From the IMG/VR virus record IMGVR_UViG_3300037470_001029, positions 1-64,000 of that record: a stretch of DNA of 64,000 nucleotides; one strand, given 5' to 3'. The first letter of the stretch is position 1. Every line of letters begins with the position of its first letter. The stretch comes from a virus. Below the pieces are notes generated by a model that saw only the letters and a list, made by a program, of their open reading frames with translations, did no database searches and was not told the origin of the DNA. The position numbers and the translations under genes were made by a program. Positions 35,008-44,492 of this stretch are shown piece by piece.

Positions 35008-36291
35008 TCAGACTCCTCTTATGACGACGCGCTCGATGCGGTCGTGGACGATCGGGTGCTCGTAGGCTATCGGGTAGGTCGAGGCGTCGTTCTGATGGTC
35101 GTGCCCGCTCTTCTTGTCGGGCTCGCCGTTCTCGTCGTAGGCCTGGCTCTCGAAGCAGCGCGCCACGGTCGGGCACTCGCGATCGTTGACCCAGAGCCTG
35201 GCGATCTCGAACTGCTTGTTGGTGGCGTTGACGCGGTCCTTCACGGCTGGGTTGGCGTTATCGGCGCGCACCTCGAACCCTGCCTGGTCGAGCAGCGCCA
35301 GGTCGGACTTGCTGGCGTCGACCGTCTCGCGGTTCTTGCCGCTCGGGTCCGGGTAGACGATGATGCGGTGCCCCTCGTCCTTCCAGCGCTCCGTGATGAT
35401 GCGGATCATGTCGGGCGTGTCGAGCACGTCCTTCAGCTCGGCGACCGCGTGCCACCCGTTCGCCCGCGGCACGTAGACCGTCGCGGCCATCTTCGTGACG
35501 TTGAAGTCCATGCCGATCAGCAGCGCCTCGGCGTCCGCGCCATTCTTGCGCGCGCGGATGGTCTCCCTCGACCTGCACCGGACTCGGTCGTAGTTCCTGT
35601 AGACGGTGCCCGCGGTGAGGTTGACGAACTTGCCGTCCAGGTACGCCTGCCGCAGCTCCTCGGTGTAGGCCTCGTAGAGAGACTGGATGTAGTCGTCCGG
35701 CAGGTTCTCCTCGTTGTCGTAGGTCGACGCCTGGACCAAGCCGTAGTTCTCCTTGAGCGCGGGCCGCTCCTCCGGGTCGGAGACGAAGAGCTTGTGCGTC
35801 GCGCGGAAGCCCTCCGGCGTCGTCGTGACGTCGATGCCGTTGCGCAGCCCGGGCCGCTTGATCCGCATGCGCGCCAGGATCTTGCGCCACGCAAGACGGG
35901 CCTTGTTCATCGGCAGCGTGTCGAGTTCGTCGACCAGGGCGTGGCCCACGTTGAAGCCGATGATGGTCTCCGGCTTCTCCATGGAGCGGCAGATCGTCGT
36001 GCCGCGGTAGCGGGCGCCGCTGTAGAAGTGGACCTCCTTGTTGCCCTCCATGGCCTTCGTACGCAGGCCGAACTCGAAAGCGACCTCGTCGATCGTCGGG
36101 TAGAAGATGTCGCGGATAAGCGAGTAGGTCGGCGCGAAGTACCCAGAGTTCACGCGCGGCCACTCGAGGTGGTGGGTGCAGGTCGCCATGCTGCCCGCCC
36201 AGGTCTTGCCCGAGCCGAAGCCCCCGACGTAGGCGCGGTTCTTGGTTTCGAGCGCCAGGAACTCGCACTGCGGGAGGTTTGCGTGGGGCAT
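35008..36291 (-). CDS. terL: terminase large subunit
   Basis: GGFGSGKT Walker A, LVDELD Walker B, TTTPEG, IGMDFN, DHQNDA. Confidence 0.95.
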   Translation of the reverse strand: MPHANLPQCEFLALETKNRAYVGGFGSGKTWAGSMATCTHHLEWPRVNSGYFAPTYSLIRDIFYPTIDEVAFEFGLRTKAMEGNKEVHFYSGARYRGTTICRSMEKPETIIGFNVGHALVDELDTLPMNKARLAWRKILARMRIKRPGLRNGIDVTTTPEGFRATHKLFVSDPEERPALKENYGLVQASTYDNEENLPDDYIQSLYEAYTEELRQAYLDGKFVNLTAGTVYRNYDRVRCRSRETIRARKNGADAEALLIGMDFNVTKMAATVYVPRANGWHAVAELKDVLDTPDMIRIITERWKDEGHRIIVYPDPSGKNRETVDASKSDLALLDQAGFEVRADNANPAVKDRVNATNKQFEIARLWVNDRECPTVARCFESQAYDENGEPDKKSGHDHQNDASTYPIAYEHPIVHDRIERVVIRGV

Positions 36292-36650
36292 CAGAGCTTT
36301 GCCGCCTCGTCCTCTAGCTGCGCAGCTCTCCTCAGATAAGCCCTAGGCTTTAGCCCGCGCTGCGCCAGCCCGCGGAGCTCGGCCGCCTGACGCAGGAGCG
36401 CGTCGCGCCTAGCAGGCTGCGCAGCGGACGCGCGCCTCAGGCCGCCCTTGCCGAACAGCTGAACCCTGACGCGCTCCTGCGCCCTGGCCAGGGCGGCCTT
36501 AGACATCCGGCCGCTCGGAGAGTCGAGCGCGAGCGCATCGGAGAAGGCCCTCGGCCCTCCGCGCTTGGGCCGCAGGCGCCACGGCTTTCCAGCCGCGCGC
36601 CTGCGGCGCATTTCAAGGGCGGCGGCTCGCGCCGCGTCGGACCAGGCCAT
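36291..36650 (-). CDS. MAWSDAARAAA-family Arg-rich protein 5
   Basis: Shared N-terminal tag; TGATG coupling on both sides. Confidence 0.75.
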   Translation of the reverse strand: MAWSDAARAAALEMRRRRAAGKPWRLRPKRGGPRAFSDALALDSPSGRMSKAALARAQERVRVQLFGKGGLRRASAAQPARRDALLRQAAELRGLAQRGLKPRAYLRRAAQLEDEAAKL

Positions 36651-36949
36651 CAGTATCCGTACCTTCTGCGATGCGGATCTTTGGGCCCGTACTTGAGCTC
36701 GAATTTACGGGCTTTTTCCGCGACGATGTTAGCCTTGAGCCGCTTGAGCACCTTCGAGTAACGCTCGACGTTGCGGTTCGCGGCGCCCGCCGGGTAGCGG
36801 CCGCCCACGCCCATCGATTGGAGCTCGCCCAGGTTGCGCTTCGCCGCGGAGATCTGCGCCGCGTAGGAGCGAGGGCCCCTCTTGCGGCCCTTCGCCCTGC
36901 GGCGCCTGGCCTCCGCGGCCGCGGCCCGGGCCGCGTCTGACCAGGCCAC
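36650..36949 (-). CDS. MAWSDAARAAA-family Arg-rich protein 4
   Basis: GTG start with GGAGG RBS; shared tag. Confidence 0.75.
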   Translation of the reverse strand: MAWSDAARAAAAEARRRRAKGRKRGPRSYAAQISAAKRNLGELQSMGVGGRYPAGAANRNVERYSKVLKRLKANIVAEKARKFELKYGPKDPHRRRYGY

Positions 36950-36952
36950 GGC

Positions 36953-37489
36953 TCAGCGCCTCCCGCCGATCGGGCCGAACTCCGCCTGCACCATGCGCCC
37001 GGCGATCACCCTGGCGTGCAAGTTCCTGTACCTGGCGTCGCCGCCCGACCTGCGCGCCTGCGCCCTGGCAGCCTTGAGCGTCCTGGCGAAGACGTCGCGC
37101 CTCTGGAAGACGCCGGGCGCGGCCTCGTGCATCGACTGCGACCGCAGGCCGCGGAGCCTGGCGGCCGCCTCGAGGTGCCTGGCCGAGTCCCTCTTGACCA
37201 GTTGCCCGAGCCTGGCGTGGAGCCTGGCCGTGGCCGCGTACCTGGAGGCGGTCATGCCGCCCATGCCGCCGACCAGCTCGGAGGACGGGTGGCGCGCCTC
37301 GCGCTCCGCCATCGCCAGCAGCGTATTGGACCCGACCCTGGCGCGCAGCCTGGCGCCGTCCTTGCCGGGCGTCGCGAGCAGCCTGGCCATTTCGTCCCGG
37401 TTCTGCCCGACCGTGGGCACCTTGCGCCGCCTGGCATTCCTGCGCCTGGCTTCCAGTGCCGCCGCCCTCGCCGCGTCGCTCCATGCCAT
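36953..37489 (-). CDS. MAWSDAARAAA-family Arg-rich protein 3
   Basis: GGAG RBS; shared tag. Confidence 0.75.
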   Translation of the reverse strand: MAWSDAARAAALEARRRNARRRKVPTVGQNRDEMARLLATPGKDGARLRARVGSNTLLAMAEREARHPSSELVGGMGGMTASRYAATARLHARLGQLVKRDSARHLEAAARLRGLRSQSMHEAAPGVFQRRDVFARTLKAARAQARRSGGDARYRNLHARVIAGRMVQAEFGPIGGRR

Positions 37490-37490
37490 G

Positions 37491-37922
37491 TCAGTTCTCC
37501 CCGGGAGTTCTGCGGCCGGCCCGCCTGGCCGCGGCGCGAACCTTAGAATTTACCTTCGAGCTGTCCCCGCCGAAATTCCTGGCGGCCAGCACGGCGCGCC
37601 TCGCCGCGGCCTTGCGATTGCGGCCGCGCTGCCTGAGGAGTTCTGCCTTGTCGGAGAACCTGCCCGGCGGCCGCACCGCGCGCAGGTCGGAGGGCCTCAG
37701 CGTCTCGACCGGGACTATGCGGCCGCGCGTGCCCTGGACCGCGGCGTGGACGCGGTCGAACCCGCCGGTGTCGTAGTGCGCTTCCCTCACGGTAAACCTG
37801 ATCCCGCGCTCGCCTGGCCCGGGCCTGGCGTATCTGGCCGTCTGGCCTGGCTTTAGCCTCCGCGCGAGGCGGCGTCGCCTCGCCTCCAGTGCCGCCGCCC
37901 TCGCCGCGTCGCTCCAGGCCAT
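37491..37922 (-). CDS. MAWSDAARAAA-family Arg-rich protein 2
   Basis: Start reassigned to ATG 37922 (GAGGAGG RBS); shared tag; possible SH3-like middle (LKPGQTARY...FTVRE). Confidence 0.75.
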   Translation of the reverse strand: MAWSDAARAAALEARRRRLARRLKPGQTARYARPGPGERGIRFTVREAHYDTGGFDRVHAAVQGTRGRIVPVETLRPSDLRAVRPPGRFSDKAELLRQRGRNRKAAARRAVLAARNFGGDSSKVNSKVRAAARRAGRRTPGEN

Positions 37923-37924
37923 AG

Positions 37925-38278
37925 CTAGATCCTCCTCTTCATGCGCCGGACGCGCTCGGCCAGCGTCGAGCTGCCCCAGTGCCGGTCGCGGTGAAAGTTC
38001 CGCGCAGCGGTCGATTGCCGCGCCGAGTCCATCACTTGCGAGGTAGAGCGGCCCTCGACTATCCAGCCGCGGCTCGTGAGGATGCTCTCCCCGGTCTTCT
38101 TGCCCTTCCTGATGGCGCGGATTTTGCGCGCCAGCTCTGCGCGGAACGCGGGCTCGCCGGGTCCGGCGTTGTACTTCGTCAGGCTTCGCAGCGCATGCTG
38201 GGGAAAGCGCTGCTTTGACTTCGAGTGCGCCCTGCGCGCTTCCAGCGCCGCCGCCCTCGCCGCATCTGACCATGCCAT
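37925..38278 (-). CDS. MAWSDAARAAA-family Arg-rich protein 1
   Basis: Starts 4 nt after terS stop; shared tag. Confidence 0.75.
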   Translation of the reverse strand: MAWSDAARAAALEARRAHSKSKQRFPQHALRSLTKYNAGPGEPAFRAELARKIRAIRKGKKTGESILTSRGWIVEGRSTSQVMDSARQSTAARNFHRDRHWGSSTLAERVRRMKRRI

Positions 38279-38282
38279 GGTG

Positions 38283-38891
38283 TCACCCCTTCCGACGCCG
38301 CGCGTCCTTGAACTCGATTGTCACCGCGACGGGAGGCGGGGCCTCGCCGTCGTCCTCTGGCTGCGCGCCCTTGTCCTTGGAGTAGAGGCCGAAGTGCTTC
38401 ATGGCCTGGTCGCGGGCCGCGTGCCTGGCGGGGAACTTGACCTTGGCGGTGGTGACGCTCAGGAGGGTCACCTCGTCCTTCGAGCCCTTCTTTCCCTTCA
38501 AGACCTTAGAAACCTGGTCGACGTCGACGCCCTCTAACTCGAGGCGCACCTCGTCGGGCATGTCCTGCACCCTCTTCAGGGTCCCATCCTCGTTGTACAT
38601 CAGGCCTGGGTCGAAGCGCATCGCCCTGGCGAGCGACCTGATGACCTCCTCCGCGGTGAGGGCAACCATATCCCCAAGTTCTTTGGAGCGGAACTCGATC
38701 ATTTCCTTGACCCAAGGGTCTTTGAGAATCGCGTAGGCGCATTCTCCGGCGGTTTTCGGGCTGTAGCCCACTGCCCTGGCCGCGGCGCTCGCGTTGCGGT
38801 TGTTCGCGAAGTATGCATCCACGAACAAGCGCTTGCGCTCCTGCGACCTAGTCTTTGATGTTCCTGCCTTCGCCCGCTTTGCTGCCGCCAC
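38283..38891 (-). CDS. terS: terminase small subunit
   Basis: FVDAYFANNRNASAAARAVGYSPKTA HTH; first gene of the late arm. Confidence 0.88.
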   Translation of the reverse strand: MAAAKRAKAGTSKTRSQERKRLFVDAYFANNRNASAAARAVGYSPKTAGECAYAILKDPWVKEMIEFRSKELGDMVALTAEEVIRSLARAMRFDPGLMYNEDGTLKRVQDMPDEVRLELEGVDVDQVSKVLKGKKGSKDEVTLLSVTTAKVKFPARHAARDQAMKHFGLYSKDKGAQPEDDGEAPPPVAVTIEFKDARRRKG

Positions 38892-39091
38892 ATTCCCGCC
38901 TTCCTATCCCAATATTTCCGTTCGCCTCTCCATGCCGCAGCATCATGCACCTGCCCGGCAGCAGGTGTAACCCATGCCGAGGCGCGGCGCAGGCCGAAAT
39001 TTTGTGTTATTTGGAGGAGGTCTGCTATGGCGGCGGGGCCGAACGGAGGCCGAAATTAACGCAATCCTAACGGAATAATGGGACTTTCGTT

Positions 39092-39121
39092 ATCGCGATT
39101 TCTCATAGCGGAAATCGCGAT
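39092..39121. repeat. 11-bp inverted repeat in AT-rich divergent control region
   Basis: ATCGCGATTTC-N8-GAAATCGCGAT. Confidence 0.7.
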
Positions 39122-39326
39122 TTCATAACAGAATTAACAGTTTATTCTTTATCTATATATAAGAGTAAAAATAGTAAGGTAGTAATAATAGCAGAGTAAA
39201 AGAGAAATAATAGCTATAAGCTTGGTGCGTTTTTCCGATTTCTGTTTTCGCGACCTGGGAGCCTTGGTCGCCGACCCGCGTCCGAAGTCCGTTTCCATAG
39301 CGGAAAATGCCGAAATATCTAACTGG

Positions 39327-39356
39327 TTTACAAGTTGCTCGTTGAAAAAATATAAT
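39327..39356 (+). promoter_or_regulatory. sigma70-like promoter for the replication arm
   Basis: TTTACA-18-TATAAT upstream of 39415. Confidence 0.6.
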
Positions 39357-39414
39357 GTCGGTTCACTGAAATTCGTGCTTTGGATGCGCCTCCGGGCGCC
39401 TTGGGAAGACAAAA

Positions 39415-39849
39415 ATGCCGAACGTGCTGATCGCCATACCCGACCTAGTGCTGGGCGAAATAGACGCCGAAGTGGCGAGGGAGAACGCGAAGAGGGCGGC
39501 CGAGGCGCCGAGGCCGCGGGCCAGGACGAAGGCCAAGGTGCCGCCGCTCAGCAAAGCGGAGCTGGATGACCTGACGCTCAGAGCGCACGAGATCCGCAGG
39601 GAAAAGGGGCTCGCTGCCGCGAACGAATTCCTGAAAGGGGAGAGCCAGAAAAGGAAGGACGCGCATTGTGCGAAGCGAGCAGCCGAGCGTGCACTTGATC
39701 GGGCGCCGAAGAAGCTCACCCGCACGGCGCTGGCGACGCGTCTGCTGATACTGGGCTTCGACACGCACCAGGCCGACAGGAAGAGGAGCGGCAACGGCAA
39801 AGTGCCAGGCAGGCGCAGGCCGACCAAGGCGCAGGCCGCAGGCGCGTGA
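39415..39849 (+). CDS. hypothetical basic protein
   Basis: 144 aa; first gene after promoter; overlaps primase start. Confidence 0.55.
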   Translation: MPNVLIAIPDLVLGEIDAEVARENAKRAAEAPRPRARTKAKVPPLSKAELDDLTLRAHEIRREKGLAAANEFLKGESQKRKDAHCAKRAAERALDRAPKKLTRTALATRLLILGFDTHQADRKRSGNGKVPGRRRPTKAQAAGA

Positions 39850-41909
39850 AGAAGGCCAACGGGGCGCGCGGCCCTCTGGCCGCGACGGATTTCTCCCCGC
39901 GCGCCCTAGGTCTCGCCGACCTGAGGCGCTCGGGCCTGGACGAGTCCGATGCCGCGCGCATGCGCCTGAGCTTTTTATCCGGCAGGCAGACCGCGGCCCT
40001 CGGGGCAAATTTCAAGGACCGCCCGAGCCTGAAGATACCGTACCACGACGCGGCCGGCAAGCCGACAGGGTTCTTCCGCGTCAGGTACCTGGGGCCGGAA
40101 GAGGGGCTCGACGCGCTCGCGAGGAAGCCGCAGCGCTACGCGCAGCGCGAGGGGACGAAGCCCGAGCTGTACTTGCCGCTCGGCGTACCGTGGAAGAAGC
40201 TCTCCGGCAGCGAAGCGGTCACGGTGTGGATCACGGAGGGGGAGAAGAAGGCGGCGAGCGCCTGCAAGTCGGGCGTCGCGACGGTGGGGCTCGGCGGCGT
40301 CTGGTCGTGGAAATCCACGAGGGAGGGCATACCGTTCCTGCCGGCGCTCGAGGCGATCGGGTGGAAGGGGCGCCAGGCGCGCATCGCCTTCGACTCCGAC
40401 GTCGCGACGAACTCGCAGGTCCTGCGCGCCCTGCTGGCGCTGGCCCGCGAGCTGACCGGGCGCGGGGCGCAGGTCAAGATAGTGGAGATCGGCGACGGGC
40501 CGGAGGGCAAGAAGCGCGGCATCGACGACCTGATCGCCGAGGAGGGCAGGGGCGCCCTCGTCGACCTTGAAGAATCGGCCAAGCACTTCAGCGAGTCCGA
40601 GGAGCTGTGGCGGCTCAACGAGGAGGTGGTCTACATCAAGGACCCGGGCCTCATCGTCGTGCTGGCCGACGGGCGCAAGATGAGCGCGGCCGCGTTCAAA
40701 GAGCATGCCTACGCGAATCGCTCATACACGGAGACGCGAGTCGACAAAGACGGCAACCCGAGCCAGGTCGAGAAGCCGATCGCGCCGGCATGGCTGGCGT
40801 GGCCCCACCGCGCGGAGCTGGCGCGCGTCACCTACGAGCCGGGGGCGCCGCGCGTCACCGCCGGCCGCGGCTACAACTACTGGAAGGGCTGGGGGTGCGA
40901 GCCGCGCGCGGGGGACACCAGGCTCTGGTCGGAGCTGCTCGACTTCATGTTCGGAAAGAACGTGGGCACGCGGACGTGGTTCGAGCGCTGGTGCGCCTGG
41001 CCCCTGCAGCACCCGGGCGACAAGCTCTACACCGCGGCAGTCATCTGGGGCGTCGCGACGGGCACGGGAAAATCCCTGATAGGCTACTCGCTGGCGAAGA
41101 TATACGGCGAGAACTTCTCCGAGATCACCGACCAGGACCTGCAGAACCAGTTCAACGAGTGGGCCGAGGGCAAGCAGTTCGTGATGGGCGACGACGTCGC
41201 GGGCAGCGAGCACAAGAAGGGCACCGCCGACCGGCTCAAGTTCATGGTGACCCGCCAGCAGATCAGGCTGAACCCGAAGTACGTGCCATCGTTCGTGTTG
41301 CCGGACCGCATCAACTACTACTTCAATTCCAACCACCCGGACGCTTTCTTCGTCGAAGACGACGACAGGCGCTACTTCGTGCACGAAGCGCCGCCAGAGC
41401 CCATCGAGGGCGATTTCTACAGGCGCTACGACGACTGGCTGCGGTCGAAGGCCGGGCCTCCAGCGCTGTTCCACCACCTGCTGCAACTCGACACCGGGGA
41501 CTTCGATCCGAAGGCCCGCGCCTTCGAGACGCGGGCAAAGCGCGCCATGATCTCGGATGCGAAGTCCGACGTCGCCGCGTGGGTGGCCCGCCTGGCAGAG
41601 GACCCGGATTCGGTGCTGCGGCTCGGGGAGGTGAGGCTGGAGCGCGACCTGTTCACCAACGCGCAACTGCTGGCGCTGTACGATCCGGAGGGCAAGGGGC
41701 GGGTGACCGCGAACGGGCTGGGGCGCGAGCTCAAGCGCGCCGGCGTCAGGCAGGCGCTCGAGGGGCAGGTCGTGGCCGCGGCGTCGGGCGCCGGCCGCTA
41801 CTACGCGGTCAGGAACGCGGGTCGCTGGCTGCGGGCCGACCACGCGGAGGTCGCGGCGCACCTGTCGGGCGCGTCCAGGCCAGAGAAGAAAAGGGGGAAG
41901 TACGCGTGA
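39846..41909 (+). CDS. primase-helicase (DUF3854 Toprim + DUF5906/SF3-like NTPase)
   Basis: ITEGEKKA, AFDSD, RGIDD; GVATGTGKS; NSNHPDA...DDRRY. Confidence 0.85.
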   Translation: MKKANGARGPLAATDFSPRALGLADLRRSGLDESDAARMRLSFLSGRQTAALGANFKDRPSLKIPYHDAAGKPTGFFRVRYLGPEEGLDALARKPQRYAQREGTKPELYLPLGVPWKKLSGSEAVTVWITEGEKKAASACKSGVATVGLGGVWSWKSTREGIPFLPALEAIGWKGRQARIAFDSDVATNSQVLRALLALARELTGRGAQVKIVEIGDGPEGKKRGIDDLIAEEGRGALVDLEESAKHFSESEELWRLNEEVVYIKDPGLIVVLADGRKMSAAAFKEHAYANRSYTETRVDKDGNPSQVEKPIAPAWLAWPHRAELARVTYEPGAPRVTAGRGYNYWKGWGCEPRAGDTRLWSELLDFMFGKNVGTRTWFERWCAWPLQHPGDKLYTAAVIWGVATGTGKSLIGYSLAKIYGENFSEITDQDLQNQFNEWAEGKQFVMGDDVAGSEHKKGTADRLKFMVTRQQIRLNPKYVPSFVLPDRINYYFNSNHPDAFFVEDDDRRYFVHEAPPEPIEGDFYRRYDDWLRSKAGPPALFHHLLQLDTGDFDPKARAFETRAKRAMISDAKSDVAAWVARLAEDPDSVLRLGEVRLERDLFTNAQLLALYDPEGKGRVTANGLGRELKRAGVRQALEGQVVAAASGAGRYYAVRNAGRWLRADHAEVAAHLSGASRPEKKRGKYA

Positions 41910-42448
41910 GCCTCAATACTGAACCATCGGCTTATGCTTTTGACTTATTCGCTGATATAAAGCATGCACCAAACAGAAAAGCTACGCCCTCTCAAATAGT
42001 GCAGAAAGTTTTGCTTTCGCGTGAAAACGTCCATAGCTTAGGGTTTAACAGGGCTCTCCTTAGAGCTACTATTGACGACGCAATCGAAGAAGATCGCGGA
42101 GAGGCTTACCTGCGCAGGCTGAATAAATGGGTCGGAGCAAGAACTAAGCTTAGAAGTGCTTCAGAGAATATTGCCCTCTTGAGCGAGGTTAAGTACTACG
42201 GCTCTCGTATAGTGCCAGACGCTTTTTTGCTTTGCCCTAGCAAGAAGACCGTCGTTTGCTATGAAGTAGAAGACCGTCACGCGCTTCCAGCTAGGACATT
42301 AAGCAATTACCTACAGTTATGGTTTGCCCTTGAGTATCTTTATTGGGATCTTCATTTGATCTCTTACGATACTTTTGGCAACCCTAGAATTATAGAAGTT
42401 TTAAGCACTGGTATGAGTGCTCTGCGCTTGCTAGGAGAAGATTGGTGA
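41906..42448 (+). CDS. AT-rich PD-(D/E)xK-like protein
   Basis: GTG start; IVPDAFL...CYEVED; base composition differs from flanks. Confidence 0.5.
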   Translation: MSLNTEPSAYAFDLFADIKHAPNRKATPSQIVQKVLLSRENVHSLGFNRALLRATIDDAIEEDRGEAYLRRLNKWVGARTKLRSASENIALLSEVKYYGSRIVPDAFLLCPSKKTVVCYEVEDRHALPARTLSNYLQLWFALEYLYWDLHLISYDTFGNPRIIEVLSTGMSALRLLGEDW

Positions 42449-42535
42449 AGCCTACCTACGAGCAGATGAAGCAAATGATGGCCGGCAGCGCGGGTGCTGG
42501 ATATTTTGTGAGTCATCTTTAAAGGGGAAATTTGC

Positions 42536-42820
42536 ATGAAATACACCTTCGACAGCGTGCCAGACTCGAAAGATTGGAAGTTCGTCGACGCGCGTACCGG
42601 ACTGCAGCCCGTCGGCGACGACTACGTCGCGCTGGAGATAGACGACGCTGCCAACACGGTGGAATTCCAGCACCGCGACACATACGAGGTGACGACGGTT
42701 CACGCGCCGATGGTGGTGGTCAGCCTGGGCAGGAAGTGCGTTCTGCTGAACTACGACCCGCCCGGCGACGGCCTGGCAGAGGCGTTTGCGGACGCGCGCA
42801 CCGCGAAGGCGGGGGAGTAA
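42536..42820 (+). CDS. hypothetical protein
   Basis: 94 aa with RBS. Confidence 0.6.
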   Translation: MKYTFDSVPDSKDWKFVDARTGLQPVGDDYVALEIDDAANTVEFQHRDTYEVTTVHAPMVVVSLGRKCVLLNYDPPGDGLAEAFADARTAKAGE

Positions 42821-42821
42821 G

Positions 42822-43937
42822 GTGGCCATCCTGCCTTACATGACGGAGCAGGAGCGCCGGGCCCTGCTCGAGTTCGAGGCGCCCGCGAAGCTGCTCGGAA
42901 AGTTTCACCTGTGGAAGCCGTGCATGGCGCAGAACCCGGCGAGGCCCGACGAAGCGTGGGTGCAGTCGCGCTGCGGCAGGATGGAGAGGGCGAGCATAGT
43001 GAAGATATTCGGCATCGGGGCCAGGGGAGACGTCAAGTGCGTCGCCTGCTTCGGGCCGCCGGTTCAACCAAAGGAGAAGACGATGGCTACGAAAATTGGC
43101 GGCGCGGGCAACCTCGCCGAAGACGACCTGCCCGGCATGCTGGCGGTGCAGAAGGCGACCGCGGAGAAGCAATGGCCGCACACCGACGACGCGCAGGAGT
43201 GGGCGCGGCGCTGGGCCGAGCAGTTTGGGACGAACCCCGCCATGGCCGCGGACGAGGGCACGATGATCGCCTGGTTCGCCAACGCGCTCGTGGCCGGGAA
43301 GGATGCCGCCGCGGCGGCGTCGCCCTCGCCCTCGCCGGGCTTCGTGCTGCTGCCCTGGCTGGCGCGCTGCTCGTGGAAGGAGCAGACCTGCGTCCTGTGC
43401 GCGCTGCGCGGACCGGACGCCGGCGCCTCGGCCAAGGTGAAGTCGTGGACGCGCTTCCTGCGCGCGGCCGCCTGCCGCAACGCGGACCCGTCAGACCGGT
43501 TCATGCGGCCCGAGGAGCGCCAGACGTTCGTCGAGATCGAGAGCACGTCGCAGGACCTGCTCAACATGCTGCCGGTCCACTACCTGGCGCACCTCATGCA
43601 CGCCCTGCAGATCATCGGGCTGAGGCACGACGACGCGCAGACCTCGCGCGTCGCGCGCTGCGCCTACCTTGACTTGTGCGGCTACCTGCACCTGAAGCCG
43701 GAGCCGGACGGCGAGATGGAGATCAGGCTCTCGGACCGGGTCCAGCTTGCGACGAGCAATCTCGAGCATGCCAGCCTGGGCAACGAAGTGACGCCGGACG
43801 GCATCGTGCACCGCTGCTCTTGCGGGTGGGTTTCGCGCCCGTGCTTTTCGAACATGGTCGCGTCGAATCTCGGCGCTGATCACCGCGAGGCTGTCACGCG
43901 GAACCCTACGCTGGTCGACAAGCACATGACGCCGTGA
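42822..43937 (+). CDS. mosaic multi-domain hypothetical protein (internal start at 43083 likely)
   Basis: Open frame with a strong internal AAAGGAG-ATG at 43083; several Cys/His motifs. Confidence 0.5.
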   Translation: MAILPYMTEQERRALLEFEAPAKLLGKFHLWKPCMAQNPARPDEAWVQSRCGRMERASIVKIFGIGARGDVKCVACFGPPVQPKEKTMATKIGGAGNLAEDDLPGMLAVQKATAEKQWPHTDDAQEWARRWAEQFGTNPAMAADEGTMIAWFANALVAGKDAAAAASPSPSPGFVLLPWLARCSWKEQTCVLCALRGPDAGASAKVKSWTRFLRAAACRNADPSDRFMRPEERQTFVEIESTSQDLLNMLPVHYLAHLMHALQIIGLRHDDAQTSRVARCAYLDLCGYLHLKPEPDGEMEIRLSDRVQLATSNLEHASLGNEVTPDGIVHRCSCGWVSRPCFSNMVASNLGADHREAVTRNPTLVDKHMTP

Positions 43938-43947
43938 AGCTGCGCGC

Positions 43948-44238
43948 GTGAGCGTTTACGTCGACCGCTCGGCCAACCCGTTCGGGAGGATGGTGATGTG
44001 CCACATGCTCGCCGACACTCCCGAAGAGCTCCTCGCGATGGCCAGGAAGATCGGCGTCGCGGCGCGCTGGTTCCAGGGCAAGGGAAGCGCGCCGCACTTC
44101 GACATCTGCAAATCAAAGCGGGCCCTGGCGGTCGCGGCTGGGGCCAGGGAGATCGACCGCGCGGAACTGTCTAAGGTGCTGGCGCGCGTCCGCGCGTCGT
44201 GGCCGAGGGATGCCGCCTCGAAGAACTGGTTGCTCTAA
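43948..44238 (+). CDS. DUF4031-family protein
   Basis: VYVD...MCHMLADT-EEL...WFQ...PHFDI. Confidence 0.8.
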   Translation: MSVYVDRSANPFGRMVMCHMLADTPEELLAMARKIGVAARWFQGKGSAPHFDICKSKRALAVAAGAREIDRAELSKVLARVRASWPRDAASKNWLL

Positions 44239-44249
44239 AAGGAAAGTCA

Positions 44250-44492
44250 ATGCCTGATCTCAATCCGACCGAATTCGAGTACGCCGATACCTACGCACCG
44301 GGCACGCGCATCGCGTCGCGACTGACGCGCCGCAAGGGCACGGTCCTGGGATGGCCGGACGGGCGCGCGTACCCGCCGGGCCACGGCAGCGACTCGCCCA
44401 TCCGCGGGCAGGTCTACGGAGCCATCTGGGTCCGCTGGGACGACACCGGCGACTGCCACCACGCCTGGCGCCACCAGGTGCACAGGATATGA
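44250..44492 (+). CDS. hypothetical protein (SH3-like)
   Basis: PGTRI...GTV...IWVRWD. Confidence 0.55.
   Translation: MPDLNPTEFEYADTYAPGTRIASRLTRRKGTVLGWPDGRAYPPGHGSDSPIRGQVYGAIWVRWDDTGDCHHAWRHQVHRI

Noticed and set aside
36291-38278. MAWSD repeats as a CRISPR array or integron attC cassettes
   Set aside because: Repeats are coding, vary synonymously, are spaced about 300-540 bp apart and lack attC palindromes; no cas genes or integrase.
39149-39412. 87-aa minus-strand ORF in the AT-rich region
   Set aside because: No RBS, atypical composition, overlaps a predicted promoter.
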